64,000 nucleotides of DNA, from the NCBI GenBank assembly GCA_030390025.1, contig CM059432.1:48548001-48612000 (forward strand). The letters run 5' to 3'. The stretch is from Squalus acanthias (lineage: Eukaryota). The notes below the pieces were generated by a model. It was not told the origin of the DNA. It worked only from the letters and a program-made list of their open reading frames with translations, and did not search any database. Numbering within the stretch: the first letter of the stretch is position 1; each line of letters starts with the position of its first letter. Both the position numbers and the translations under genes were made by a program. Below are positions 1-13,149 of the stretch, one piece after another.

Positions 1-120
1 CAGTTCCGGCCCCGCTGGGCCGAGCTCCGCCCGCTCCCGAGTCCCCCCGCCCACCATTAGCCGCCGCAGCCAAGAATAAGCGCAGGGCACTTAACCATCC
101 GCCCCTTGGGTCACCATGAA
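1..120. promoter_or_regulatory. CpG/GC-rich segment with GC boxes, possibly the edge of a CpG-island promoter extending left of the window
   Basis: Several CCGCCC motifs and dense CpG, unlike the CpG-poor unique DNA that follows; no linked exon is visible. Confidence 0.3.
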
Positions 121-938
121 AAGGCTGGCTCTTCCAGTTTTGCTCACGTCTAATTTATAAACTGGCCTTGACCAGTGGTGGTGATTTTTTTTTCTGCCCA
201 TGTTGCTGCTGGGACATATTGGCTGCATTCACATTATGCTGTAGTGGGGCCAGCACCTCATACATTCCTAAGCACCAGCAATCAAAAATCATGAGATGTG
301 AGGGAATTTATCCTCCTCTCAAATTGGTGGGTACTTGTACCAGTGTCCCAGGTAATGCATTGATCTGCTTCTTGTCAAGCAAGATGGATCGGGTGAAGTT
401 CCCTCCTGAGCTCCTCTCCTTTGTCCATGGTCATTCTTTACCATCCTTTTGCCCTTTTCCTCTCCTCTCCTTCACTGCTTAAAATGCCCTGCCCCTAATA
501 GTGAGTGAGTTTTAGCTCAATCCACAGGTTTAAAGCTATATTGTCCAACCCCCAATTCAGCTTGTTCAGTGTTTTTATTGTGCTCTTCTGAATGCCTGGA
601 ACTCTGCCCACGTTTGATTTTCTGGACTTCTCTGCCATCTGAACTAAGCTGCTCTGCTGGAGTATACTGTATGCCTCAATTGCCACAACTCTGCTACTCA
701 ACCGTTTTACGATTAAATTAACCTGTGCCAGTCTACAGTGCCATCCCCCACTTCTGTTGCCTGCTGAGTTGAGCTTCAGGACTGTACTTTCAGTGCACAG
801 CTGGCTTCTCAGCTTTACTCTTGCTGTGCTGGATCCGAAACAGAAATCTGTCTTCTCCTGGGCTGAAGTCTATTTCTCCATTCATTTCTGGGCTTTACTG
901 TGATTTACACCTTCGTCACTGCTTTCTACTAAGACTAT

Positions 939-1561
939 GATGCGGAGATGCCGGTGTTGGACTGGGGTGGACAAAAATGAGAAGTCGCACAACACCAGGT
1001 TATAGTCCAACAGTTTTATTTGAAATCACAAGCTTTCGGAGCTTACACCCCTTCCTCAGGTGAAGTAAAGAAATACAGAATCGACAAAGCATATATAGAT
1101 AGAGAACAATGCATGTGTAACTTACAATGGCAGACGACTACATTTAAATCATCCTGACTGTTTATCTGCCGAGGTGTGACAAAAGGCAATCAGGTCAGCC
1201 AGGAAGGTACCACATCAAAGACATAGCAAGATACAACTGAGACAATGAGGTGGAGCCACAGGGGGTCCAATGTGTCAAAAGCCGCAGTCGGTATGGGAAA
1301 CGATAAACTTTAAAATTTTTACTTTTTTACTGGGAATCACATCTGTGAACAAGCCAACGATGACTCGAGTCTGGATCACGTCATGTATCGTGACATAAAC
1401 CCAAGATCCCGGTTGAGGCCGTCCTCATGAGTGCGGAACTTGGCTATCAGTTTCTGCTCGATGATTTTGCGTTGTCGTGTGTTTCTAAGGCCGCCTTGGA
1501 GAACGCTTACCCGCAGATCCGAGGCTGAATGTCCTTGACTGCTGAAGTGTTCCCCGACTGG
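939..1561 (-). repeat. Inverted pseudo-LTR of the PLE (end of EN domain, 3' UTR and ~38-nt extra tail)
   Basis: Reverse complement of 2835-3419 with no net indel (paired coordinates sum to 4396 at both ends); ORF 1376-1648(-) repeats the PLE C-terminus. Confidence 0.93.
1026..1063 (-). ncRNA. Minimal hammerhead motif, inverted copy
   Basis: Reverse complement of 3333-3370. Confidence 0.7.
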
Positions 1562-3020
1562 AACCCCCAGCTTCTGCCGTGACACCACAGACTTCTTACA
1601 GAAACTCAGCACCCACGGACCAGTTGAACCAGGAACACTCCTCGCCACGATGGACGTATCGGCACTCTACACCAGTATCCCCCACGATGACGGCATCGCT
1701 GCGACAGCCTCAGTACTCAACACCAACAACAGCCAATCTCCAGACGCCATCCTACAACTCATCCGCTTCATCCTTGACCACAATGTCTTCACCTTTGACA
1801 ACCATTTTTTTACCCAAACACACGGAACAGCCATGGGGACCAAATTCGCACCCCAATACGCCAACATCTTCATGCACAAGTTCGAGCAAGACTTCTTTGC
1901 TGCACAGGACCTCCAGCCAACGCTGTACACCAGATACATCAACGACATTTTCTTCCTTTGGACCCATGGTGAAGGATCACTGAAAAGACTACACGATAAC
2001 ATAAACAAGTTCCATCCCACCATCAAACTCACCATGGACTACTCCTCAGAATCGGTTTCATTCCTGGACACACGAATCTCCATCAAAGACGGACACCTCA
2101 GTACTTCACTCTACCGCAAGCCCACGGACAACCTCACAATGCTCCACTTCTCCAGCTTCCACCCTAACCACGTTAAAGAAGCTATCCCCTATGGACAAGC
2201 CCTGCGAATACACAGGATCTGCTCAGACGAGGAGGAACGCGATGGACACCTACGGACGCTGAAAAACGCCCTCGTAAGAACGGGATATGACGCTCGACTC
2301 ATCGATCGACAGTTCCGACGGGCCAAAGCGAAAAATCGCATAGACCTCCTCAGAAGGCAAACATGGGACACAACCAACAGGGTACCCTACGTCGTCCAGT
2401 ACTTCCCTGGAGCAGAGAAACTACGCCATGTTCTTCGCAGCCTCCAACATGTCATCGATGACGACGAACACCTCGCTAAGGCCATCTCCACGCCTCCACT
2501 ACTTGCCTTCAAACAGCCGCCTAACCTCAGAAGTACCATCGTTCGCAGCAAATTACCCAGCTTTCAGGATAACAGCGACCACGACACCACACAACCCTGC
2601 CACGGCAACCTCTGCAAGACATGCCAGATCATCAACACAGATACCATCATCACACGTGAGGACACTACCCACCAGGTACATGGTACATACTCATGTGACT
2701 CGGCCAACGTTGTCTACCTCATACGTTGCAGGAAAGAATGCACCGCGGCATGGTACATCGGCGAGACCATGCAGACACTGAGACAACGTAGGAACGGACA
2801 CCGCGCAACAATCACCAGGCAGGAGTGTTCCCTCCCAGTCGGGGAACACTTCAGCAGTCAAGGACATTCAGCCTCGGATCTGCGGGTAAGCGTTCTCCAA
2901 GGCGGCCTTAGAAACACACGACAACGCAAAATCATCGAGCAGAAACTGATAGCCAAGTTCCGCACTCATGAGGACGGCCTCAACCGGGATCTTGGGTTTA
3001 TGTCACGATACATGACGTGA
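1560..3020 (+). pseudogene. PLE polyprotein, 5'-truncated (reverse transcriptase, Cys/His linker, GIY-YIG endonuclease)
   Basis: Motifs MDVSALYTSI, QTHGTAMGTKFAPQYANIFM, RYINDIF (canonical YIDD, D>N at 1941-1943), SFLD, LYRKPT, CHGNLCKTC, NVVYLIRC..WYIGET. The frame is open from the inversion junction (GTPSFCRDTT) to the stop at 3020. Confidence 0.9.
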
Positions 3021-3332
3021 TCCAGACTCGAGTCATCGTTGGCTTGTTCACAGATGTGATTCCCAGTAAAAAAGTAAAAATTTTAAAGTTTATCGTTTCC
3101 CATACCGACTGCGGCTTTTGACACATTGGACCCCCTGTGGCTCCACCTCATTGTCTCAGTTGTATCTTGCTATGTCTTTGATGTGGTACCTTCCTGGCTG
3201 ACCTGATTGCCTTTTGTCACACCTCGGCAGATAAACAGTCAGGATGATTTAAATGTAGTCGTCTGCCATTGTAAGTTACACATGCATTGTTCTCTATCTA
3301 TATATGCTTTGTCGATTCTGTATTTCTTTACT

Positions 3333-3370
3333 TCACCTGAGGAAGGGGTGTAAGCTCCGAAAGCTTGTGA
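3333..3370 (+). ncRNA. Minimal type I hammerhead ribozyme motif in PLE pLTR
   Basis: tcac-CTGAGGA-a-GGGG(tgtaag)CTCC-GAAA-GC-TT-gtga: conserved core, stem II, stem I tcac/gtga, palindromic AAGCTT in place of stem III. Minimal hammerheads are an established feature of PLE pLTRs. Confidence 0.75.
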
Positions 3371-4113
3371 TTTCAAATAAAACTGTTGGACTATAACCTG
3401 GTGTTGTGCGACTTCTCATACTAAGACTATATTCTCTATTGGACTGCCTCTATTCCAATAGCAGAGCCGGCGGAACCGCAGCAGAATAAAGAGTGCGGTG
3501 AGAGGAAGCCTGAAAGCAGAGCCGGTGGAACCGGAGTGGCAGTGGGAGCTGAATAAAGAGCGCGGCGAGAGGAGGCCTGCGAGCAGAGCCAGCGGGGGAG
3601 GAGCAGCGAGGCTCCGATTCAATAACAAAAAAAAATCAAAGTGTGACATCACAGGTAAGCAGGTAGGTGATTGGCGGTGAGTATTTCTTTTCTCTTAGGA
3701 CTGAGGGCTAAGTTACAGTAAAGACTTACAGCATATAACTAAATTTATAACTCACTAAACTTATTTTAATAAATTTAATAAATTAAACAAGGTTATAACC
3801 TAGTTTACCTAGATTAAAAACTATAAATAGACAATTGATTGATAGTGACATAATTAATTAAATAAAATAGAATAGAGATGGCAAGGCAGGTGATGTGTTG
3901 CAGCTGTAGTATGTGGGGGCTGGTGGACACCAGTGTGATCCAGGGCGACCACATCTGCAGTAAGTGTCTGCAGCTCGAGGAACTTCGGCTCAGAGTTGAT
4001 GAGCTGGAGTCCGAGCTGCAGACATTGCGATACATCAGGGAGGGAGAAAGTTACCTAGACACTTTGTTCCAGGAGGCAGTCACACCCCTTAGGTTAAATA
4101 CTTCAGATTTGGT

Positions 4114-7100
4114 CCGCGGGAGCGGCGGACCTGCAAGGGAGCAGCGGCTGTGGGAGAAAATAAAGGTCGGTGATTTTCAGGCCCAGTTGAGCAGCGGGGG
4201 CGGCGGCAGAATTCGAGAGTGACGTCACAGTACAGAAAGTGACGTCAGCGCAGGGGAAGAAGCTGATTGGTGAGTAGTGGGTGAGTGCTTTTTTTTTCTT
4301 CAATTTTAAGTTTATTTCTTTTAAGGTAGTTCATAGTTAAGGTAGTTCGGGAGAGCGAGAATCCGAGAGTTTAAATTTGAGATAAGAGTTTTTTAATTAA
4401 AAGTATGGCAGGGGACCTCACTCCTGTGCGTTGCATGGCCTGCAGCATGTGGGAATTCCTAGATGCTTCTTGCAGTCAGGATGACCACATGTGCAGTAAG
4501 TGCCAACGGTTTGGCCAACTTGAGATCCGGTTTTCGGAGCTCGAGCGTTAGCTGGAGGCACTGCGGTGTATCCGCGAGGCTGAGAGTTACGTGGATAGCA
4601 CGTTTTTAGACGTGGTCACCCCGCAGCTTAAGAAAGTGCAGTCAGAGAGGGAATGGGTGACCACCAGTCAGAAGAAGGGGGGCAGGCAGGTAGTCAGGAA
4701 AGCCCCAGAGTGCATCTCACTCAACAACCGTTTTTCTGTGTTGGAAAACTGTGTAAGTGACGGTTCCTCTGGGGATGCAGCCAGAGCCAAGTTCACGGCA
4801 CTGTGGGTGGCTCAGCTGCACAAGGGGGGAGGAGTAAGAGTGGAAGGGCAATAGTGGTAGGAGACTCAATAGTGAAGGGTGCAGACAGACGTTTCTGCGG
4901 CCGCAGACGTGACTCCAGGATGGTATGTTGCCTCCCTGGTGCCAGGGTCAAGGATGTCACTGAAGGGCTGCAGGGCATTCTGAAGGGGGAGGGCGAACAG
5001 TCAGAGGTCGTGGTTCACATTGGTACCAACGACATAGGTAGAAAGAGGGATGAGGTCCTGCAACAAGAATTTAGGGAGCTAGGTAGCAGATTAAAAAGCA
5101 GGACCTCAAAGGTTGTAATCTCTGGATTACTCCCGGTGCCATGTGCTAGTGAGTATAGGAATAGGAGGATAGAGCAGATGACTGCGTGGCTAAAGAGTTG
5201 GTGCAGGAGGGAGGGCTTTAGTTTCCTGGATCACTGGGTCTGTTTCTGGGGAAGGTGGGACCTGTACAAATCGGAAGGGTTGCACCTGAACCGGAACGGG
5301 ACCAACATCCTTGCAGGGAGGTTTGCTAGTGCTGTTGGGGGGGGTTTAAACTAACTTGGCTGAGGGATGGGATATGGAGTGGTGCTATAGTAGGGGGTGA
5401 TGCACAGCCAAATATAGAGGAAAAAACAAGTCAATCTGGAAAGCAGAGCAAATATGTAATGGCACAAGGGAGTTTGGCAAGGCTGGATGGCATTTATTTT
5501 AATGCAAGGAGTCTTACGAGTAAGGCAGATGAATTGAAGGTGTTGATAAACACATGGGAGTATGATATTGTTGCTATCACAGAGACATGATTGAGGGAGG
5601 GGCAGGACTGGCAGCTCAATATTCCGGGGTATAGAATCTTCAGGCGAGACAGAGGGGGGTGTAAAAGAGGAGGGGGTGTCACATAATTAATCAAGGAGTC
5701 AATTACTGCAGTAAGGAGGGATGATATCTTAGCAGGTTCCTCTAATGAGGCCATATGGGTAGAACTTAAAAACAAAAAGGGGGCAAGCACTTTGCTGGGA
5801 GTGTACTATAGGCCCCCAAACAATTAGGGGGAGATAGAGGAACAGATATGTAGGCAAATCTCAGAGAAGTGTAGAAATAATAGGGTAATAATAGTAGGGG
5901 ATTTCAACTTCCCCAATATTAACTGGGATAGTCAGAGTGTGAAAGGCTTAGAGGGTGCGGAATTCTTAAAGTGCATCCAGGAGAGCTTTTTGAGCCAGCA
6001 TGTAGAAAGTCCTACAAGAGAGGGGGCGGTACTGGACCTAATTCTAGGGAATGTAGCCAGGCAAGTGGTAGAAGTGTCAGTAGGAGAGCATTTTGGTGAC
6101 AGTGACCATAATTCGGTGAGATTTAAGGTAGTCATGGAAAAGAACAAAGATGGACCGGAAATAAAGGTTCTAAATTGGGGGAAGGCCGATTTTAATATGA
6201 TAAGGCAGGATCTGGCCAAAGTAGACTGGGATCAGCTACTTGTAGGAAAATCCACATCAGAGCAGTGGGAGTCATTCAGAAAGAACCGGAAGATGTAGGT
6301 GAGGTTTTAAATGAATATTTTGCATCTGTGTTCACTATGGAGAAGGACGATGTAGGCATAGAAATCAGGCAGGGGGATTGTGATATACTTGAACACATTA
6401 GCATTGAGAGGGAGGAGGTACTAGCGGTTTTAGCGGGCTTAAAAGTGGATAAATCCCCAGGCCCAGACGAGATGTATCCCAGGCTGCTGTGTGAGGCAAG
6501 GGAGGCCTCTTTTGTTGCAACCGATTAATTCAGTGGACCTTCAAGTCGTCAAATTAAATTAGAATTTCAAATTAAGATTTCGTCGGCCCGGGAGATGATG
6601 CACTCCAGCCCCCGCGGCGCCCATCTGTCTCGGAAGGCCTCGAGCTTGCCGGCGGACACCGCGTGCTCTATCTCCAGGGCCACCCAGGCCGCGAACATAG
6701 CCGCGGAAGAGAGGCAGGCAATCGGGCCGGACGACCCACTCGACCACCCGCTGCCTGGACCTATTAATGGCCACTTTGGCCAGGCCCAGGAGCAGTCCTA
6801 CGAGGAGGTCCTCCGACCTGCCCTCTCCCCTCCGCACCGGGTGACCGTAGATCAGGAGCGTGGGACTGAAGTGCAGCCAAAAATCGAGGAGCAGCCCCTT
6901 CAAATAGTAGAACAGGGGCTGCAACCTCTCACACTCCATGTACACGTGAAAAACGGACTCCTCTCAGCCGCAAAAATGGCAGGCGGCCTGGGAGTCCGTG
7001 AACCTACTTAAAAACTTGTTGCACGGGACTGCTCCATGCAACACCCTCCAGGCCATGTCCCAAATAGAAAAGGGGAGGACTCCCGCATAGAGAGCCCTCC

Positions 7101-9716
7101 ATTGGGGACCTTCGCCTCCGCTGGACGGCAAAACGGCACGCCAAGGCGTGTCCGGTCAGCAGGCGAAGATGACAAAGTGGAGAGTGTGCAGGAGCAGCCC
7201 GTACAGGAAACCCCTCCGCGCAGAGCTAAAGGGCATGGAGGGCATTTCCCCGAAAAGGCTCAAGTTGTGAGGCGCCGATTCCCGAGAGGGGTTTCGGGGC
7301 CGCGCGTAGATGAGGAATTCCGTCCGAACGGGGGTCAGTTCGGACGGGATCGCCCCACGTGCCTGAGCCTCCTCGATGCACCTAGTGGAGTCAGGGCCCA
7401 GTGCCGCTTTCAGCGTCTCGATGGCTTTGGCCACGCGCCGGACGTTGGCAATGGACAGGCACTGCACCAGCTCTTCTGGCGCCATCCAGCCCGCTCCTCC
7501 GCCATCGAGCAGGTCCCCGACTCTAGTCACCCTACCACGCACAGCCCTACCCTCCGCCTGCCACCCGATCCAGCGGTCGTGGAGGTGCGGGTTCCTGAGC
7601 AGCGGCTCCCAAAGGAGAGCCGCCACTCCAGACGGGGGAGAGCTGAGCCTGGAGGCGACCTTATTCCAGACCCATAGCAGTTCCTGGTAGAAGACAGGCA
7701 GCTCCCGCAGGTAGGCACGTGTACCGCCCAATTTCACAAACAGGAGCTGCGTGTTGTAATTGAGGCCGTGCAGCTGGCAGAAGAAATACGTTGCCAGCGC
7801 ACACCATTGAGGAGGATTCTCGACGTACAGGTATCTCTGCAGCGTCTGAAGATGGAAAGTCGCCGCCTGGGTGGGAAGGCACACCAGCGCCTGACCGCCC
7901 TCCCTAAGCGGGAGACACAGAACCGCGGCATGACCCAGTGCTTCCTTTTGTCCCAGAAGAAGTCGATGAGCCTCTTCTGTATCATGGCGACAAACGCAGG
8001 GAGAGGGATCAAAGTGACCAACCGGTACCACAACATGGCGGCCACCAGCTGGTTTATGACCAGCGCTCGACCCCTGTAGGACAACACTCGGAGCAGTCCT
8101 GTCCAGCGTCCTAGGCGAGCGGAAACTTTGGCCTCATGCTCCTGCCAGTTCGCCGGGGCTGAGGTGGACTCCCAAGTAGAGGAGGTGCGTGGTGCAGGCA
8201 AGGGAGGAGATTGCAGGGGCTCTGACACAAATTTTCAGAACCTCTCTGGCCACAGGGGAGGTGCCAGAGGACTGGAGAACAGCTAACATAGTACCATTAT
8301 TCAAGAAAGGTAGTAGGGATAAACCAGGGAATTACAGGCCAGTGAGCCTAACATCAGTGGTAGGGAAATTATTGGAAAAAATTCTGAGGGACAGAAGTAG
8401 TCTCCACTTGGAAAGGCAAGGATTAATCAAGGATAGTCAGCATGGCTTTGTCGGGGAGATCATGTCTAACCAATTTGATTGAATTTTTCGAGGGGGTGAC
8501 TAGGTGTGTGGATGAGGGTAGTGCAGTTGATGTAATCTACATGGACTTCAGTAAGGCTTTTGACAAAATCCCACATGGGAGACTGGTCAAGAAGGTAAGA
8601 GCCCATGAGATCCAGGGCAATTTGGCACGTTGGATCCAGAATTGGCTTAGTGGCAGGAGGCAGAGGGTGATGGTTGAAGGTTGTTTTTGTGACTGGAAGC
8701 CTATGTCCAGTGGTGTACCGCAGGGATCAGTGCTGGGTCCCTTGCTGTTTGTAGTGTACATTAATGATTTAGATATGAATGTAGGAGGTATGATCAGTAA
8801 GTTCGCAGATGACACGAAAATTGTTGGAGTGGTAAATAGCGAGGAGGGAAGCCTCAGGCTACAGGATGATATAGACGGGTTGGTCAGATGGGCAGAACAG
8901 TGGCAAATGGAATTTAACCCTGAAAAGTGTGAGGTGATGCATTTTGGGAGGACTAACAAGGCAAGGGAATACACAATGAATGGTAGGACCCTGGGAAGGA
9001 CAGAGGATCAGAGGGACCTTGGTGTGCATGTACATAGATCCCTGAAGGCAGCAGGACAGGTAGATAAAGTGGTTAAGAAGGCATATGGGATACTTGCCTT
9101 CATTAGCCGAGGCATAGAATAGAAGAGCAGGGAGGTTATGATGGAGCTGTACAAAACGCTAGTTAGGCCACAGCTGGAATACTGTGTGCAGTTCTGGTCG
9201 CCACACTGTAGGAAGGATGTGATTGCATTGGAGAGGGTGCAGAGGAGATTCACCAGGATGTTACCTGGGCTGGAGCATTTCAGCTATGAAGAGAAACTCG
9301 ACAGGCTGGGGTTGTTTTCCTTAGAGCAGAGAAGGCTGAGGGGGGACCTGATTGAGGTGTACAAAATTATGAGGGGCATAGATAGGGTAGATAAAAAAGG
9401 AACTTTTCCCCTTGGTTGAGGGGTCAATAACCAGGGGACATAGTTTCAAGGTAAGGGGCAGGAGGTTTAGAGGGGATTTGAGGAAAAACTTTTCCACCCA
9501 GAGGGTGGTTGGAATCTGGAACTCACTGCCTGAAAGTGTGGTAGAGGCAGGAACCCTCACAACATTCAAGAAGCATTTAGATGAGCACTTGAAATGCCAT
9601 AGCATACAAGGCTACGGACCAAGTGCTTAAAAAATGGGATTAGAATAGATAGGGCTTGATGGCCGGCGCAGCCATGATGGGCCGAAGGGCCTCTTTCTGT
9701 GCTGTATAACTCTGTT
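4114..9716 (+). mobile_element. CR1 LINE B, near full length, nested in ORF1 of CR1 A
   Basis: Own 5' UTR; ORF1 ~4405-5354 (CxxC..HxCxxC, esterase GDSIV/HIGTND); APE and RT ORF2 ~5490-9630 ([14 protein letters not shown]) with stops and frameshifts, plus a ~350-bp deletion at ~6283 relative to CR1 C; tail tgtataactctg. Confidence 0.9.
6506..8195 (-). mobile_element. Tx1-clade (L1 group) non-LTR retrotransposon, 5'-truncated ORF2 C-terminal part
   Basis: LSYRGRALVINQLVAAMLWY, LPxREGGQALV, FYQELLWVW, WRVLHGAVPCN..CHFC..ESVFHVYMEC zinc knuckle; 12-bp TSD AGGCAAGGGAGG at 6494-6505 and 8196-8207 inside CR1 B ORF2. Confidence 0.88.
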
Positions 9717-11777
9717 ACTAGGAGGGTGTGACTACGAGTGAGGCAGGTATGGGGATCCAAGAGGTAGCATTGGAGGAGTCTCAGCCCTTGCAGTTGTTCA
9801 ACAGGTACAAGGTACTTGCTCCCTATGTGGACGAGAGCAGGGACTGCAGGGAGGATGAGCAAACTGACCACGGCACCATGGTACAGGGGGCCATCAAGTT
9901 GGGGGAGTAAAAGGAAATGTTGTAGTGGTAGGGGACAGTATAGTTAGGGGGATAGATACTGTTCTCTGCAGCCGAGAGCATGAGTCCCGAAGGCTGTGTT
10001 GCTTGCCTGGTGCCAGGGTTAAGGACATCTCCTGTGGGCTGGAGAGGAACTTGGAATGGGAGGCGAAAGATCCAGTTGTCGTGGTCCACGTAGGTACCAA
10101 AGACATAGGTAGGACAAAGAAAGAGGTTCTGCTGAGGGAGTATGAGCAGCTAGGGACTAAATTAAAAAGCAGAACCACAAAGGTAATAATCTCTGGATTA
10201 CTACCTGAGCCACGAGCAAATTGGCATAGGGTAAATAAGATCAGAGAGATGAATGTGTGGCTCAAAGATTGGTGTGGGAGAAATGGGTTTCGATTCATGG
10301 GGCACTGGCACCAGTACTGGGGAAAGAGGGAGTTTTTCCGTTGGGACGGGCTTCACTTGAACCATGCTGGGACCAGTGTCCCGGTGAATCGAATAACTAA
10401 GGCTGTAGATAGGGCTTTAAGCTAAATAGTAGGGGGGAGGGTTCAGGTGATGGGAAATTTAAAAAGTCAAAGAGGAAGGAGAAGGCAATAGTGCAGGGTA
10501 GCAATAGGGGTAATGATGACCAGAGTGTGACAGGAAGGGACAGAGCGTATAAACATAAGAGTGCATCAGAAAGTAGAGTCAGAGTAGGGAAAAATGGTAA
10601 AAAGACAAAATTAAAAGTGCTTTATCTGAATGCACGCAGCATTCGTAACAAGATAGATGAGTTGATGGCACAAATAAAAATAAATGGGTATGATCTGATA
10701 GCCATTACAGAGACGTGGCAAAGGTAGTCTTGAGGAAGAATTCATAGAGTGTATTTGGAATGGTTTCTTAGAACAATACGTTGTGGAACCAACCAGGGAG
10801 CAGGCTATGGTAATGTGTAATGAGATAGGATTAATTAATGATCTCATAGTAAAGGATCCTCCAGGGAAGAGTGATCATAGCATGTTAGAATTTCAAATTC
10901 AGTTTGAGGGTGAGAAACTTGGGTCTCAAACTAGTGTCCTGAACTTAAATAAAGGCAATTACAAAGGTATGAAGACAGAGTTGGCTAAAGTGGACTGGGA
11001 AAATAGATGAAAGAATAAGACGGTAGATAAGCAGTGGCAGACATTTAAGGAGATATTTCATAACTCTCAGCAAAGATATATTCCAGTGAGAAAGAAAGAC
11101 TCTAAGAGAAGAATGAACCATTCGTGGCTAACTAAGGAAGTAAAGGATGGTATCAAATTGAAAACAAAGGAATACAGTCATGCGAAGATTACTGGTAGGC
11201 CAGAGGATTGGGAAATTTTTAGAAACCAGCAAAGGACGACTAAAAAAATAATAGAGAGAGAAGATAGATTATGAGAGTAAACTGGCAAGAAATATAAAAA
11301 CAGACAATAAGATCTTCTACAGGTATATAAAAAGGAAGAGAGTAACTAAAGTAAACATTGATCCCTTAGAGGATGAGACGGGGGAACTAATAATGGGAAA
11401 CAGGGAAATGGCAGAGACTTTGAACAAATATTTTGTACCAGTCTTCACGGTAGAAGACACTAAAAGCATCCCAGTAATAATAGATAATCAAGCGGCTATA
11501 GGGAGGGGAGAACTTAAAACAATCACTATCACTAGAGAAAAAGTACTAGGCAAACTTATGAGACTAAAGGTGAACAAGTCCCCTGGACCTGATGGCCTGT
11601 ATCCTAGGGTCTTAAAAGAAGTGGCTGCAGAGATAGTGGATGCATTGGTTGTAATCTACCAAAATTCCCTGGATTCTGGAGAGGTCCCAGTGGATTGGAA
11701 AACCGCAAATGTAACACCCCAATTCAAGAAAAGAGGGAGACAGAAAGCAGGAAACTATAGACCAGTTAGCCTAACAT

Positions 11778-13149
11778 AGAGTCATAGGGCTCGATTTTGC
11801 CAGGCCCGAGGAGGCGGGAATGGAGGCGTGTGGGGTGTTAAAATTGCAAAAGATGGCGGGCGGGCCCGACCCCGCCTCCATCCCACCTCCGAGCAATTTT
11901 CCCAAATGCGTGGTTTCTGATCCCGTCTCCGTCCCGCCTCCAAGAGGCAGGATAGGCCCTTAACAATCACTTAATTGCCTCTATAATCCCATTTTGAGAG
12001 GCCTTTCTGATTTTAACACTTTTCCGACGTGATGCACGCCTCCTCTGAAGCACGATGGTGAAACCTGGCGGTAGCACACTTGGATTGCTGACTATCAGCT
12101 GCAGGTCCACCATTAAGAAGGAGATTTGATCAATCATCATTCTGGGTGAACTTTTAGCAGTCATAACCATTGTTGTGGAACTTTGGAACCTGGAGTAGTG
12201 GTGGTGGCGGCGGTGGAAAAAAAATCTGAGAGCAGACTTAGGTCTCCTGTTGCTCATTTTGCCTCCAGGTCCCCCTCACAGCAAAGGCCAAAAGCTTCCC
12301 AGTCCTTGCAGACCTTAAATGCAGCAGCAATGATGACATCATCAGAGGCGGCTTTCAGACTGAAAAAACTAATTGGGTCATGGGTTCCCACATGCTGGAA
12401 CTCAATTGCCCAATTAGAGGAAAATCGAATAATTCTCCCACATCCAATTGGAGTCGGGTGGCTAACACGAAAAGCGGATGACACGACCCCAGCCCACCCC
12501 ATGACAAAATCGAGCCCATAGAGTTATACAGCACAGAAAGAGGCCCTTCGGCCCATCGTGTCCGCGCCGGCCGTTAAGCCCTGTCTGTTCTAATCCCATT
12601 TTCCAGCACTTGGTCCGTAGCCTTGTATGCTATGGCGTTTCAAGTGCTCATCTAAATGCTTCTTGAATGTTGTGAGGGTTCCTGCCTCTATCACCCTTTC
12701 AGGCAGTGAGTTCCAGATTCCAACCACCCTCTGGGTGAAAAAGTTTTTCCTCAAATCCCCTCTAAACCTCCTGCCCCTTACCTTGAAACTATGCCCCCCG
12801 GTTATTGACCCCTCTACTAAGGTGAAAAGTTCCTTTCTATCTACCCTATCTATGCCCTTCATAATTTTGTACACCTCAATCAGGTCCCCCCTCAGCCTTC
12901 TCTGCTCTAATGAAAACAACTCCAGCCTGTCCAGTCTCTCTTCATAGCTGAAGCGCTGCAGCCCAGGTAACATCCTGGTGAATCTCCTCTGCACCCTCTC
13001 CAATGCAATCACATCCTTCCTATAGTGTGGTGACCAGAACTGCACACAGTATTCCAGCTGTGGCCTAACTAGCGTTTTGTACAGCTCCATCATAACCTCC
13101 CTGCTCTTATATTCTATGCCTCGGCTAATGAAGGCAAGTATCCCATATA
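11778..13149 (-). mobile_element. 5'-truncated CR1 (family of B/C) inserted antisense in CR1 A; its tail carries a MITE
   Basis: ORF 12590-13162 is a CR1 RT C-terminus; 6-bp TSD TAACAT at 11772-11777 and 13150-13155; tail (ACTCTATG)n. Confidence 0.88.
11787..12517. mobile_element. MITE family B (PIF/Harbinger-type, non-autonomous)
   Basis: 13-bp perfect TIR GGGCTCGATTTTG/CAAAATCGAGCCC, TSD ATA; homologous to 16118-16770 and 34114-34805. Confidence 0.88.

Larger units (their letters stand above)
939..3418 (+). mobile_element. Penelope-like element (Neptune-type), 5'-truncated, with inverted pseudo-LTR at its 5' end
   Basis: RT+GIY-YIG ORF; 977-1561 is the reverse complement of 2835-3419; 12-bp TSD TACTAAGACTAT at 927-938 and 3419-3430. 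Confidence 0.93.

Noticed and set aside
939..976. Possible snRNA fragment shared with 51116-51150
   Set aside because: It does not match the U2 sequence as I recall it and is contiguous with the PLE pLTR in both places.
11782..12521. Conserved short ORFs in MITE B (AAMMTSSEA..WVPTCWNS) across three copies
   Set aside because: Starts and stops differ between copies and no domain is recognisable; similarity reflects DNA identity.
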